DNA of 64,000 nucleotides from Desulfobacterales bacterium. GTDB taxonomy: Bacteria; Desulfobacterota; Desulfobacteria; Desulfobacterales; UBA5852. Below, piece by piece: positions 9,853-20,549 of this stretch. Every line of letters starts with the position of its first letter. Position 1 is the stretch's first letter. The stretch lies in contig CAXXVS010000003.1 of the NCBI GenBank assembly GCA_963674755.2, positions 2,208,001 through 2,272,000 of the forward strand, in the 5' to 3' direction. Position numbers and translations under genes: made by a program. Below the pieces are notes generated by a model. The model was not told where the DNA came from, ran no database searches, and saw nothing but the letters and a program-made list of their open reading frames with translations.

Positions 9853-9868
9853 TGGCACATCGGTTGCA
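9853..9868 (+). promoter_or_regulatory. Sigma54 (-24/-12) promoter
   Basis: TGGCAC-ATCGG-TTGCA, consensus match, upstream of ATG 9965. Confidence 0.9.
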
Positions 9869-9964
9869 AGAATGGACGGTTCGGCAGGCGACCGCCTCAC
9901 TGGCCGGCAGAGGGGCGGATCGTCCCGGAATGTTTGGTCCAACCGAAAAAAAGAGGAGAGGAAA

Positions 9965-11221
9965 ATGCGCAACAAACGGCTGCTCGTATGTCTGACCATC
10001 GCTTTTCTGGCCTTTATCGTCGTGCCTTTCTGCGCCAGCGCCGAGGACAAAACCATCCGGATCGGCGCCATGTATCCCATGACCGGCCGGGCAGGACTCT
10101 ACGGCAAGGATTCCGTAGCCGCGGCCGAAATGGCCATCGATGAAATCAACAGTAAGGGCGGGGTTGCGGGGTATAAGATCGATGCGACCTTTACCGACAG
10201 CAAGGCCAAACCGGCCTATGCCGTACGGGTGGCCAAACGCTACATTAGCGAAGAAAACGTTCATTTCCTTTTCGGTGTCGTCAGCTCCGGCGTGGGCTTG
10301 GCCGTGACCGAGATTTCCCACCAGTACAAAAAAATCTTCATCGGAACCGACCATGCCTCCACGCGGCTCACCGTAGACAACTTCCAGCCCTATTATTTCC
10401 GCGTTTCCAACAACACGTTCCAGTCCATGGCGGCCGGTGCACTCTACCTCAAGGAACTGGCCCAGTCCAAACCCTGGAAGACCATCGCCTTTATCGGTCC
10501 GGACTACGCATACGGCCACAGCCAGTGGGACGAAATCCGCTATAACCTCGACCGCTTCGGCGTCCCGTATAAGGTCGTGGGGGAATACTGGCCCAAAGTT
10601 TTCGCGCCGGACTATACGTCTTACATTACGGCCATTCTCAACGACAAGCCAGATGTCCTGGTGGCCGGTTTCTGGGGGGGCGACACCGTGGCCTTTATCA
10701 AGCAGGCCCAGGCCTACGGTCTTTTCCAGAGGATGCTTTACTTCCATCCGGATGCCGGCGGCAACTACGAACTCATGAGCGCCATGGGTGCGGAGCTGCC
10801 GGACGGCCTGGTCCTGGGTGCGCGTCACTACGACAACTGGCCTGAAACAGACCTCAACCGCAATTTTGTTGAGGAATTTCACAAACGCACCGGACGGTTT
10901 CCGACCTATGCCGCGGAAGGGGCCTACGCCGGAATTTACGCTATTGCCCAGGCGGTCGAGGCCGTGGGCAACCCGGACGATACCGAAGCCCTGGTGAAAG
11001 CCCTGGAAAGCCTCAAGATCAAACTCCCCGAAGACCCGGAAGGCTTTACCTCCTACATGCGTCCCGAAACCCACCAGATCACCCAGGTCATGGCCATCGG
11101 CACCACTGTTCCCAATAGCGACTATCCACCGGCCAAGAAGATGCTTGGCAATTGGAAGGTTTATAACGCAGAAGAGCTGGTCCCCCCCGTCGAATACCTG
11201 AAAGAGAAACGCCAAAAGTAG
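9965..11221 (+). CDS. LIV/HAAT-family ABC substrate-binding protein
   Basis: Signal peptide, IRIGAMYPMTG, PDYAYG, DYTSYITAIL; RBS AGGAGAGG. Confidence 0.9.
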   Translation: MRNKRLLVCLTIAFLAFIVVPFCASAEDKTIRIGAMYPMTGRAGLYGKDSVAAAEMAIDEINSKGGVAGYKIDATFTDSKAKPAYAVRVAKRYISEENVHFLFGVVSSGVGLAVTEISHQYKKIFIGTDHASTRLTVDNFQPYYFRVSNNTFQSMAAGALYLKELAQSKPWKTIAFIGPDYAYGHSQWDEIRYNLDRFGVPYKVVGEYWPKVFAPDYTSYITAILNDKPDVLVAGFWGGDTVAFIKQAQAYGLFQRMLYFHPDAGGNYELMSAMGAELPDGLVLGARHYDNWPETDLNRNFVEEFHKRTGRFPTYAAEGAYAGIYAIAQAVEAVGNPDDTEALVKALESLKIKLPEDPEGFTSYMRPETHQITQVMAIGTTVPNSDYPPAKKMLGNWKVYNAEELVPPVEYLKEKRQK

Positions 11222-11230
11222 TCACCCGTC

Positions 11231-11258
11231 CGGCGGGCGGGGTTTTCCCCTCCCGCCG
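11231..11258 (+). terminator. GC-rich hairpin after binding-protein gene (partial terminator or mRNA stabiliser)
   Basis: CGGCGGG-C-GGGG TTTT CCCC-T-CCCGCCG; no U-tract follows. Confidence 0.45.
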
Positions 11259-11284
11259 CATCCTCACCTCTGCGGAGCAGATCA

Positions 11285-12172
11285 ATGGATTTCTCGTTTT
11301 TTATCACCCAGACCATCAGCGGTCTGACCATGGCTACCCTTCTGTTTCTGGTGGCCAGCGGGCTCACCCTGATCTTCGGGGTCGGCAATGTCTTCAATTT
11401 CGCTCATGGGTCCTTCTACATGATCGGTGCTTACTTCGGCTATCAACTGGTGGCCGTGTGGGAGATCAACTTCTGGCTGGCCCTGGTGCTGGCCGGAATC
11501 GGAGCCGGGCTGGTGGGCATGCTGGCCGAAGCCCTGTTTCTGCGCCGCATCTATGGACGGCCCAACGAGGGCGGATTCCAAATCCTGCTGACCTATTGTT
11601 TTATCCTCATCATCGATGATGTGGTCAAACTGGTTTGGGGCACCGAATACAAATCGCTTCCGCGTCCCCACGGGTTCACCGGTGCTGTCAATTTCGGCGA
11701 TATCTTTTTGCCGGCTTACAACCTGTTGATTATCGGGGTCGGTGTCGTGGTCGTCGTCGCGGCCTGGTGGATTCTGGCCCGCACCCGGCCCGGCAAGATT
11801 GCGCGGGCCGCGGCGGTGGATCGGGAAATGGTCGATACTCTGGGGGTCAACGTACCCCTGACCATGACCTTGGTGTTCGGCATCGCCACCGGCCTGGGCG
11901 GCATGACCGGTGCCCTGGCCGCCCCCCTGCGTACCGTTACCCCCGGGGCCGGTATCGAAGTCATCATCGACTCCCTGATCGTGGTAGTGCTCGGTGGGAT
12001 GGGGAATTTCTGGGGGGCCTGGCTGGGTGCCATCCTGATCGGAGAAGTCAACGCCTTCGCTGTGGCCTTCCTGCCCAAATGGGCCAGCCTCTTCAGTTTT
12101 CTCGTAATGGTCATCGTGCTGATTTTTAAACCCGAGGGACTGTTCGCCCCCCGACAGGTGAGGAAGGTATGA
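11285..12172 (+). CDS. LivH-like ABC permease
   Basis: GLTLIFGVGNVFNFAHG, VVVLGGMG, KPEGLF. Confidence 0.92.
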   Translation: MDFSFFITQTISGLTMATLLFLVASGLTLIFGVGNVFNFAHGSFYMIGAYFGYQLVAVWEINFWLALVLAGIGAGLVGMLAEALFLRRIYGRPNEGGFQILLTYCFILIIDDVVKLVWGTEYKSLPRPHGFTGAVNFGDIFLPAYNLLIIGVGVVVVVAAWWILARTRPGKIARAAAVDREMVDTLGVNVPLTMTLVFGIATGLGGMTGALAAPLRTVTPGAGIEVIIDSLIVVVLGGMGNFWGAWLGAILIGEVNAFAVAFLPKWASLFSFLVMVIVLIFKPEGLFAPRQVRKV

Positions 12173-13137
12173 CCATGAAAATCAGTCGCACGAACACGGC
12201 CGCGGCCCTCTGGTGTTTGATGATCATCGGGTTCGCCTTGGTACCCGTCCTGATGACGTCGACCTACCAGCTCAACCTGGCCTGCCATGTGCTTATCTGG
12301 GGGCTGTTTGCGGTGGCCTTCAACATGCTCTGGGGTGTCACCGGCATGCTCTCCTTTGGCCAGGCCCTCTATTACGGGCTAGGGGCCTATTTTGTCGGGC
12401 TGATGGTGGAATACCTGGGCCGCGCCTGGTATCTGCCGGCCATCGGCATCGGGATTCTGGCGGCGGCGCTGACCGCGTTTCTGCTGGGGCTCATCGTCAT
12501 CCGGGTGGGCGGTGTCTATTTTACCATGCTGACCCTGGCTTTCGGTCAGCTGGCCTGGCAGATCATGTTCAAGTGGTACGAGTTTACCGGTGGCGATGAT
12601 GGCATTCAGGGGATCATTCCCCCCGGTATTCTGGCCAATCCCATTGTCTACTACTATGGTCTGCTGGTGCTGGTGATGATTTCCATCTGGATGCTCAAAC
12701 GCATGGCCTACAGCCCCTTCGGACTCATCCTGCGCTGTGTGCGGCAGAACCCTGAGCGGGTGCGCTTCTTGGGTCGCCGGGTGCGACGCAACCAGCTGCG
12801 GGTCTACATCATCTCGTCCCTGTTTGCCGCCCTGGCCGGTAGCCTGATGGCCGGGGTCGACAATTCGATTCACACGGACATGTTCTTCTGGACCACATCG
12901 GGGGAAGTGATCCTCATGTCCGTGTTGGGAGGATTGAACCAATTTTTCGGCCCCTTCGTCGGAGCGGCGGTCATCATCATGATCGAGGACATTGTCGGGG
13001 CTTGGACCGAATACTGGTCCCTGATTATCGGCACGGTCATTTTGGTCATGGTGATCGCTTTTCCCAAAGGACTGGTGGGCGAATTGCACCAGCTCAAATT
13101 ACGGCTGACGCAGCTGAGGGCACGGAGGTCGCAATGA
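12169..13137 (+). CDS. LivM-like ABC permease
   Basis: GMLSFGQA, YFTMLTLAF, TGGDDGI, PKGLVG. Confidence 0.92.
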   Translation: MTMKISRTNTAAALWCLMIIGFALVPVLMTSTYQLNLACHVLIWGLFAVAFNMLWGVTGMLSFGQALYYGLGAYFVGLMVEYLGRAWYLPAIGIGILAAALTAFLLGLIVIRVGGVYFTMLTLAFGQLAWQIMFKWYEFTGGDDGIQGIIPPGILANPIVYYYGLLVLVMISIWMLKRMAYSPFGLILRCVRQNPERVRFLGRRVRRNQLRVYIISSLFAALAGSLMAGVDNSIHTDMFFWTTSGEVILMSVLGGLNQFFGPFVGAAVIIMIEDIVGAWTEYWSLIIGTVILVMVIAFPKGLVGELHQLKLRLTQLRARRSQ

Positions 13138-13886
13138 ACCCTATCCTGCAACTGGAGTCGGTGCACAAAGCCTTTGGCGGCCTGCAGGTCACCCAAAACG
13201 TCAGCTTTGCCGTCATGCCCGGGGAGATCTCGGCCATCATCGGGCCCAACGGCGCCGGCAAAACCACCCTCTTCAACCAGATCACCGGCCATCTGAAGCC
13301 CGAACGGGGGCGTATCCTGTTCAAGGGGCATGACGTGGTGGGGGATTCCCCCCAGAAAATCGTGTCCCGGGGCATGGGGCGCGCTTTTCAGATCGCGTCG
13401 CTTTTCCCGGACGAAACCGTGCTGGACAATATCAAGGTCGCCTGCCTGTCCAAGCTGGATCAGACCCGGCGCTTTTTCCGTCCGGTTCGCTATTTCCGGC
13501 AGGCCACGGAACGCTCCTACGCCATCCTGGAAGATCTCGGACTTGCGCAGCACGCCGGGCGCCTGGCTTTCGAGCTGTCCCACGGCGACCAAAAGCTGCT
13601 GGACATCGGCATCGCGCTCGTCCTGGAGCCGCAGTTGCTGCTGCTGGACGAACCCACGGCCGGGATGTCGCCCGAAGAGCGCCATCGCACGCGGGACATG
13701 ATCAAGAAGCTCTGGAAAGCCTATGATCTGACGCTGGTGTTCATCGAGCACGATATGGACATGGTGTTCGGCATTGCCCAGAAAGTGCGTGTGTTACAGC
13801 AAGGGGCGCTTCTGGCCGAAGGCACACCCGATGAAATCCGCAGCAACAAGGCGGTCGTCAGCGCTTACCTGGGGGAGGAGCTGTAA
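13134..13886 (+). CDS. LivG-like ABC ATPase
   Basis: GPNGAGKTT, LSHGDQK, LLLDEP, IEHDM; ATG 13134 after GGAGG. Confidence 0.93.
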   Translation: MNPILQLESVHKAFGGLQVTQNVSFAVMPGEISAIIGPNGAGKTTLFNQITGHLKPERGRILFKGHDVVGDSPQKIVSRGMGRAFQIASLFPDETVLDNIKVACLSKLDQTRRFFRPVRYFRQATERSYAILEDLGLAQHAGRLAFELSHGDQKLLDIGIALVLEPQLLLLDEPTAGMSPEERHRTRDMIKKLWKAYDLTLVFIEHDMDMVFGIAQKVRVLQQGALLAEGTPDEIRSNKAVVSAYLGEEL

Positions 13887-14590
13887 TGGGAACCGTACTG
13901 GAAGCCACCGGTCTGAATACCTTTTACGATCGCAGCCATATCCTCTTCGATGTGGGCCTCAACATCGCTTCCGGTGAGACCGTGTGTTTAATGGGGCGCA
14001 ACGGGGTGGGCAAGACCACGACCTTTCGCTCCCTTATGGGGCTCACCCCTCCCAAGAGCGGCCAGGTCGTCTTCAAGGGGCAGGACTGTACCGGTTATCC
14101 CGCCTATCGTATGGCTCGGCTGGGCTTGGGATTCGTGCCGGAGGACCGCCGTGTGCTGGCGCCCTTTACCGTGGAGGAGAACCTGGAACTGGGCCGTATC
14201 CCCGGCCGTGACGGGCAGTGGCATCTGGCCTCCGTATACCGGCAATTTCCGCTCCTGGCGGACATGACCCATCGCATGGGGGGTACCCTGTCCGGCGGCG
14301 AGCAGCAGATGCTGACCATCGCCCGGGCGCTCATGGGAAACCCGGACCTGCTGGTGCTGGACGAGCCCTCGGAAGGGCTCTCACCGGTCATCGTCGGTGA
14401 GCTGAAGGGCTTGATCATGGCCCTGAAAGCGGCCGATACCACCATTCTGCTTTCCGAGCAGAACCTGAAGTTCGCCTTGGCCGTTTCCAACCGGGTGGTG
14501 GTGCTCGACAAGGGTCATGTGGTCTACGAAGGCACCACCGACGCGTTTCAAAAGGAAGAACGGGTTCACAAAAAATACCTGGCGGTCTGA
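13886..14590 (+). CDS. LivF-like ABC ATPase
   Basis: GRNGVGKTT, LSGGEQQML, LDEPSEGL. Confidence 0.93.
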   Translation: MGTVLEATGLNTFYDRSHILFDVGLNIASGETVCLMGRNGVGKTTTFRSLMGLTPPKSGQVVFKGQDCTGYPAYRMARLGLGFVPEDRRVLAPFTVEENLELGRIPGRDGQWHLASVYRQFPLLADMTHRMGGTLSGGEQQMLTIARALMGNPDLLVLDEPSEGLSPVIVGELKGLIMALKAADTTILLSEQNLKFALAVSNRVVVLDKGHVVYEGTTDAFQKEERVHKKYLAV

Positions 14591-14689
14591 AGACTGCTCC
14601 GGCGTTGGTTCCCAGGGTCCCTGCAGCGACGGGGAATTTCCAAATAGCGGGCACGGACGGCGGAAACAATCCATACGAGGGAGGCATCG

Positions 14690-15847
14690 ATGAATCTGAT
14701 CCGTACTTTTCAAACCGCGCCCCGCATCGTGGTGGGACCGGGTTGTCTGTCCCAAATCGTTTCCGAAGCCCAACGGCTCGGCGGCACCCGCATCATGGTG
14801 GTTACCGATCCCGGGTTGGTGGCGGCCGGCATCGCGGAGCGCCTGGAAACATTGCTCGATGCGGGCGGCTTGCCCTTTTGCCGCTTCGACCAGGTCGAGT
14901 CCGATCCGCGGCTTGAAATTGCCACGGCAGCGGCCGATATGATCCGCAAAGAGCAGGCCGATCTGGTGATCGGGATCGGCGGGGGTTCGGCCATCGACAT
15001 TGCCAAAATCGCCGCGCTCCTGGCGGCCAACGATGGCGATCTCTCCGCCTATTTCGGCATCGATCTGATTCCCCGAGCGGGTATCAAAACCATCATCGTA
15101 CCCACCACCGCCGGGACTGGCAGCGAGGTGACGCCGATTGTCATCCTCTCGGACCTTGAAGAAAAACTCAAAAAGGGGGTCGTTAGCCCATACCTTATCC
15201 CGTCCCTGGCCCTGCTCGACCCGGAGCTGACCGCCGGCCTGCCTCCCCAGGTCACCGCGGCCACCGGTATGGATGCCCTGATCCATGCCGTGGAAGCCTT
15301 TACCTCGAAGAATGCCTACCACATGACCGACATGCTGGCGCGTGAGGCCATCCGGCTGATCATGGCCAATATTCGTACCGCCTTTGCCAACGGGGCAGAC
15401 CTGACCGCCCGCAGCAACATGCTGGTGGGAAGTCTCCTGGCCGGCATGGCTTTTGCCAACGCCGGGGTTACGGCGGTACACGCCTTTGCCTATCCCATCG
15501 GTGCCGAGTACCATATCCCCCATGGTGTGGCCAACAGCATCATGCTGGCCGCGGTCATGGAGTTCAATATGCTCGGTAATCTGAACAAGTTTGCTGAACT
15601 GGCCGCTCTTTTCGGCGAAATCACCCGTGGGAAGACCACCCGCCAGCAGGCCCAGGCCGCGGTGGAGGCCCTGAAGACCCTTGCCCGGGATTTGCAAATC
15701 CCTGCCCATCTGAGAGATTTCGGGGTCAAAGAGGAGGACCTGCCGATGCTGGCGGCCGGCGTCATGAAGGTTACCCGCCTGCTGGCCAACAACCCGCGTG
15801 CCATGACCCAGGCCGATGCCGAGGCCATCTATCGGCGCATGCTTTAA
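14690..15847 (+). CDS. Iron-containing alcohol dehydrogenase
   Basis: GGGSAID, PTTAGTGSEVT, DALIHAVE, VHAFAY, HIPHG. Confidence 0.95.
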   Translation: MNLIRTFQTAPRIVVGPGCLSQIVSEAQRLGGTRIMVVTDPGLVAAGIAERLETLLDAGGLPFCRFDQVESDPRLEIATAAADMIRKEQADLVIGIGGGSAIDIAKIAALLAANDGDLSAYFGIDLIPRAGIKTIIVPTTAGTGSEVTPIVILSDLEEKLKKGVVSPYLIPSLALLDPELTAGLPPQVTAATGMDALIHAVEAFTSKNAYHMTDMLAREAIRLIMANIRTAFANGADLTARSNMLVGSLLAGMAFANAGVTAVHAFAYPIGAEYHIPHGVANSIMLAAVMEFNMLGNLNKFAELAALFGEITRGKTTRQQAQAAVEALKTLARDLQIPAHLRDFGVKEEDLPMLAAGVMKVTRLLANNPRAMTQADAEAIYRRML

Positions 15848-15883
15848 ACCGGCCGACGCAAGGCTCAAAAGGATAGTTCCTCC

Positions 15884-17701
15884 ATGCACGGTTTTTACAA
15901 CATGATCCTCAGGATCAATCTTTCCCAGGAATCCTATGCCCTGCAAATGATTCCGGATGATGTCCTGGCGGCCAAAATGGGCGGCAAAGGCTTGGCCGCC
16001 CATCTGTTGTTGCGTGACAATCCACCCGGTGTGGATCCCCTGGGCCCGGACAATCGTTTGGTATTTGCCCTGGGACCGGTTTCCGGAAGCCCGGTATGGG
16101 GGACCTGCCGCCACGGCATTTTTACCAAGTCCCCCCAGACCGGCTTCTTCGCGGAATCCTATTCCGGCGGCAAAGCGGCCGAACGCATGGCAGCCACCGG
16201 TTACGACGCGGTGGTCATCCGGGGCGCGGCGGAGCACCCGGTCTGGCTGGAGATATCCGAAGAGGCGGTCTGCTTCCATTCAGCGGAAGATCTCTGGGGG
16301 CAGGACACCTATCGCACCGAAGATGCGGTCAAGGCCTGGATCAAAGCCCATCGCCCCCAGGCCGGTCCTTGCGGCGTCGTGGTTATCGGGCCGGCCGGGG
16401 AGCAGCAGGTCTGTTTCGCCGTGGTGGAAAACGATTACTGGCGCAGTGCCGGCCGCACCGGCATCGGGGCGGTTATGGGGGCCAAGAACATCAAGGCCAT
16501 TGCCTTTCACGGGCGCCGCAGGAAGACATTCGCCGATCCCGGACGGTTGAAGGATTTCGCCCGCCGCCTCGCTGCTCTCGGCAAAGAAGACGCCGGTGTG
16601 CAGGCTTACAAAAGCAAAGGGACCCCCATGTTGGTGGATATCATGAACAACGCCGGCGGGTTCCCCACGCGCTACTGGCAGAAGGGCCGCTTCGAAGGGG
16701 CGGAACGGATCAACGCGGCGGCCCTGCACGAACGCTGCGATGTCAAGCCCAATGCCTGCCTGAAATGCTTCATGGCCTGCGGCCGGCTCTCCACCGTGAA
16801 AACCGGACCCCATACGGGACTTACCGTGGAAGGGCCTGAATACGAAACCCTCTATGCCTTTGGCGGGCTTTGCGAAATCGACAGCATTGAGGAGATCATC
16901 TACCTGAACGACCTTTGTGACCGCATGGGCCTCGATACGATGACGGCCGGCAACCTGGCGGGGCTCACCATCGAGGCCGTCCGCCAGAAGCGTATCGACT
17001 ATCCCATCGATTACGGCCAGCCGGCCGCCGTCGCGCGCCTCATCGAAGACATCGTGGCCCGCCGCGGGATTGGCGACACTCTTGCCCGGGGAATCCGTTT
17101 TGCTTCGCAGGAATGGGGCATGGCCGACCAGGCCGTTCATGTCAAGGGCCTGGAGCCGGCTGGTTACGATCCGCGGGTACTCAAGGGCATGGGGCTGGCT
17201 TACGGTTCCTCCGATCGGGGCGCCTGCCACCTGCGGGCCACCTTTTACAAGCCCGAGCTGGCCGGCATGGTGGACGCGGACACCATCGAGGGCAAAGCCG
17301 CGGTGTTCGCGGAATGGGAGGATCGCCTGACTCTTTTCGACACCTTTATTGTGTGCCGTTTCTATCGCGATCTCTACCAGTGGGAGCAACTGGCCGATAT
17401 CCTGCGCGGCGCCACAGGCCTGGATCTGGCTACAGCCGGCTTACGGGCCATTGCCGCCGCAGTGAGCGACGACACCCGCCGCTTCAACCTGCGCGAGGGG
17501 CTTACCCCCGAAGATGACCAACTCCCGCGCCGTTTCCATACGGAAGCACTGCCCGAAAGCGGCAAGGTCATCACCCGGGAGCAGATGGACACCATGCTGA
17601 AGGAATACTACCGTGCCCGGGGATGGAACGCCGAAGGGAATCCGCCGTCACCCCCACGGCCGGCACCTGATCCGGAAGACAAGGGTCGCAATAGCGGTTG
17701 A
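15884..17701 (+). CDS. aor: Aldehyde:ferredoxin oxidoreductase (AOR family, usually tungsten)
   Basis: TKSPQTG, AGRTGIGAVMGAKNIKAI, CLKCFMAC, EGPEYETL, DRMGLD, RGACHL, EYYRARGW. Confidence 0.92.
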   Translation: MHGFYNMILRINLSQESYALQMIPDDVLAAKMGGKGLAAHLLLRDNPPGVDPLGPDNRLVFALGPVSGSPVWGTCRHGIFTKSPQTGFFAESYSGGKAAERMAATGYDAVVIRGAAEHPVWLEISEEAVCFHSAEDLWGQDTYRTEDAVKAWIKAHRPQAGPCGVVVIGPAGEQQVCFAVVENDYWRSAGRTGIGAVMGAKNIKAIAFHGRRRKTFADPGRLKDFARRLAALGKEDAGVQAYKSKGTPMLVDIMNNAGGFPTRYWQKGRFEGAERINAAALHERCDVKPNACLKCFMACGRLSTVKTGPHTGLTVEGPEYETLYAFGGLCEIDSIEEIIYLNDLCDRMGLDTMTAGNLAGLTIEAVRQKRIDYPIDYGQPAAVARLIEDIVARRGIGDTLARGIRFASQEWGMADQAVHVKGLEPAGYDPRVLKGMGLAYGSSDRGACHLRATFYKPELAGMVDADTIEGKAAVFAEWEDRLTLFDTFIVCRFYRDLYQWEQLADILRGATGLDLATAGLRAIAAAVSDDTRRFNLREGLTPEDDQLPRRFHTEALPESGKVITREQMDTMLKEYYRARGWNAEGNPPSPPRPAPDPEDKGRNSG

Positions 17702-17885
17702 CCGAATGAAACCCGAAATAGTAGTGGTAGACTCCCAATTGGCTGATCAGCATCGGGATTATATTCAAGGGCGACCGGTCATTGGAAGGGCATACCTTTT
17801 CGCCTGTCGGGACTTCCCAAACAATCTACGATGGAAGGTGTTATGGCCATAGGGCAACGACCATCCATTGACCGCAGGAGGAAGC

Positions 17886-20549
17886 ATGCAAAAAGTCACA
17901 TTGAAGATTAACGGTTGCTCAAGGCAGGTGGTGGCCGATCAGGACATGGTGCTCCTGGATCTGCTGCGTGAGCATTTTCATCTGACAGGCACCAAGCAGT
18001 CCTGCGACCGCAAAGGGCAGTGCGGGGCCTGTACAGTGATTGTGAACGGCAAGGCGGTGCTGTCCTGCCTGACCAAGGTGGCCAAGCTCGACGGCGCGGA
18101 GGTCATCAGCGTGGAGGGGCTGGGCACGCCGGACAATCCCCACCTGATCCAGGAGGCCTTTGTGCTGGCGGGCGCGATCCAGTGCGGCTACTGCACGCCC
18201 GGCATGATCATGGCGGCCAAGGCGCTGTTGGACGGGAATCCGGATCCCACGGATGATGAGATCAAACACGGCCTGCGGCGCAATCTGTGCCGGTGTACGG
18301 GGTATGCCAAGCTCATCGATGCGGTGCGGCTGGCCGGCCGTTTCCTGCGAGGGGAGATCGCTCCCGCCGCGATCCGTCCCAAGGTCACCGATGCCAAGAT
18401 GGGGGTCTCCCACCCGCGGCCCTCGGCCCTGGCCAAGGCCTGCGGTACGGCCCCGTTCGCGGCCGACATCCAAATGCCCGGGGCCGCCGAGATCGCCGTG
18501 GTGCGAAGCCCCCATTTCCATGCGGCCATCAAATCCATCGACTGCACGGCGGCCGAGGCCATGCCCGGCGTGATCGGTACCCTGACGGCCAAGGATATCA
18601 AGGGCACCAACCGCCTGAAATACATTGTGGAGGACCGGCCGATTCTGTGCGAGGACCGCGTGCGCACCCTGGGCGACGCCGTGGCCGTGGTGGTGGCCGA
18701 GACCCGCGAGCAGGCCCAAGCCGCCGCCCAGGCGGTGAAGGTGGACTACGCGCCGCTGCCCGAACTGCGCAGTCCGGCCCAGGCCCTGGCGCCGGATGCG
18801 CCCCAGATCCATCCGGACCGGCCGAACCTGTGCTTCCGCCAGCCGGTGATCAAGGGGGACGCGGATGCCGCTTTCGCATCGGCCGCGGCCGTGGTGGAAC
18901 ACCGTTTCACCACCCAGATCAACCACCAGGCGCCCATGGAACCGGAAAACAGCGTCGCCTTCATGGAAGGCGAGGGCGAGGATGCCGAGCTGGTGGTCAT
19001 GGGGCGCAGCATCAACATCCACCTGCACATGGCCACCCTCCAGGCAGCCCTGGGATTCGAGAACATCCGTTATGAGGAAACCTTTTCCGGCGGTCAGTTC
19101 GGCATCAAGCTGGAGATCTTCACCGAGGGGATCGCCGCGGCCGCGGCCCTGAAGTTCAAGCAGCCGGTGCGCTACATCCCCAGCCTGGCCGAATCCATGC
19201 TGATCACCTCCAAGCGCCACCCCTTCGACATGCAGATCAAACTGGGGGCCGACACCGACGGGAAGATTACGGCGCTATCCATGGATATCACCGTGGACAA
19301 CGGGGCCTATCACTCCATTGGCAACGTGATCATCAACCGCGCCTTGCACATGCTCTCCAGCTCTTACTACATTCCCAACATCAAGGTGGCCTCGCAGCTG
19401 GTCTACACCAACAACCCGTGGGGCAGCGCGGCCCGCGGGGCCGGTCCGCCCCAGGCGCACTACGCCCTGGAATGCGCGGTGGACATGCTGGCGGAAAAAC
19501 TGGCCATGGACCCGTTGGCCCTGCGCAAACGCAATTCACTCCAACCGGGACAGACCAAGGCCACCGGTCATGTGATCGATGAGTGGGCCTTCGAAGGATT
19601 ATGTGAGGCGATCCAACCCGCTTACGCGCGTGCCGTGGCCGATGCGGCCCAGGCTGCTGACGGGCCGCTCAAACGCGGTATCGGCCTGGGGGCGGCGGCC
19701 TTTGGCATTGCCTTTCCGGGGGACAAGTCCATCAGCGCGGTGGAACTGGAGCCCGACGATGGCGTGACGGTCTATGCCGCCGCGGCCGACCCCGGGGAGG
19801 GCAACGATGCCATGCTCACCCAGCTGGCCGCCCAGGTGCTGGACTTGCCCCTGGACCGGGTGCGGGCCGACACCCGCCGCACCGACCGTACGGCCGCCAG
19901 CGGGCCGGCCTCGGGCAGCCGGGTGACCTTCATGATCGGCGGGGCCACGGTGGATGCTTTAAAGCAGCTCCGGCAGGCCATGGACGAAGTGGGGGCCAAG
20001 ACCCATGCAGCCTTTGTGGCCGCCGGCCGGCCGACGCGCTATGTGGGGCATAAAGCGGTGACGAATACCGCGCCCCTGGATCCGGAGACCGGGCAAGGCC
20101 CCTCCTCGGACTCGGACGTGCACGCCATTCAGCTGGCCGAGGTGGAGGTGAACACCGAAAGCGGCGAGGTGCGGGTGTTGAAGATGACCGCGGCGGTGGA
20201 CGCCGGTCCGGTCATCAACCCCAACAACCTTGAGGGGCAGATGCAAGGCGGCATGGACATGGGGGTGGGCTATGCCCTGCGGGAGAAGTATATTGCCGGA
20301 GAGACCACGGATTGGCGTACCTTCCGCTTCCCGACCATGAAGACCGCCTTCGATACGGCCGTGATCACCCGGGAGACGCCGCGCAAGAGGGGTACCTTGG
20401 GATCCACCGGCGTCGGCGAGATGGCCATGGTCTCCACGGCGCCGGCCGTGATCAACGCCATTTACAACGCCTGCGGGGTCTGGATCAGCGATCTGCCCGC
20501 CACGCCGGACAAGATCAAAGCCGCTCTACAGGCCCGCGGAAAGGGATGA
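17886..20549 (+). CDS. mop: Single-chain molybdopterin aldehyde oxidoreductase (xanthine oxidase family, Mop-type)
   Basis: 2Fe-2S motifs CDRKGQCGAC, QCGYCTPG, NLCRCTGY; AARGAG, GVGE; no FAD domain apparent; ATG 17886 after AGGAGG. Confidence 0.88.
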   Translation: MQKVTLKINGCSRQVVADQDMVLLDLLREHFHLTGTKQSCDRKGQCGACTVIVNGKAVLSCLTKVAKLDGAEVISVEGLGTPDNPHLIQEAFVLAGAIQCGYCTPGMIMAAKALLDGNPDPTDDEIKHGLRRNLCRCTGYAKLIDAVRLAGRFLRGEIAPAAIRPKVTDAKMGVSHPRPSALAKACGTAPFAADIQMPGAAEIAVVRSPHFHAAIKSIDCTAAEAMPGVIGTLTAKDIKGTNRLKYIVEDRPILCEDRVRTLGDAVAVVVAETREQAQAAAQAVKVDYAPLPELRSPAQALAPDAPQIHPDRPNLCFRQPVIKGDADAAFASAAAVVEHRFTTQINHQAPMEPENSVAFMEGEGEDAELVVMGRSINIHLHMATLQAALGFENIRYEETFSGGQFGIKLEIFTEGIAAAAALKFKQPVRYIPSLAESMLITSKRHPFDMQIKLGADTDGKITALSMDITVDNGAYHSIGNVIINRALHMLSSSYYIPNIKVASQLVYTNNPWGSAARGAGPPQAHYALECAVDMLAEKLAMDPLALRKRNSLQPGQTKATGHVIDEWAFEGLCEAIQPAYARAVADAAQAADGPLKRGIGLGAAAFGIAFPGDKSISAVELEPDDGVTVYAAAADPGEGNDAMLTQLAAQVLDLPLDRVRADTRRTDRTAASGPASGSRVTFMIGGATVDALKQLRQAMDEVGAKTHAAFVAAGRPTRYVGHKAVTNTAPLDPETGQGPSSDSDVHAIQLAEVEVNTESGEVRVLKMTAAVDAGPVINPNNLEGQMQGGMDMGVGYALREKYIAGETTDWRTFRFPTMKTAFDTAVITRETPRKRGTLGSTGVGEMAMVSTAPAVINAIYNACGVWISDLPATPDKIKAALQARGKG

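Noticed and set aside
14381..16279. Long antisense ORFs such as this 632-aa one and 62236-63678
   Set aside because: Typical shadows of high-GC genes, with no motifs and full overlap with well-supported CDS.
17706..17852. 48-aa ORF between aor and mop (possible MoaD/ThiS)
   Set aside because: No C-terminal Gly-Gly, no clear RBS, no recognisable motif.
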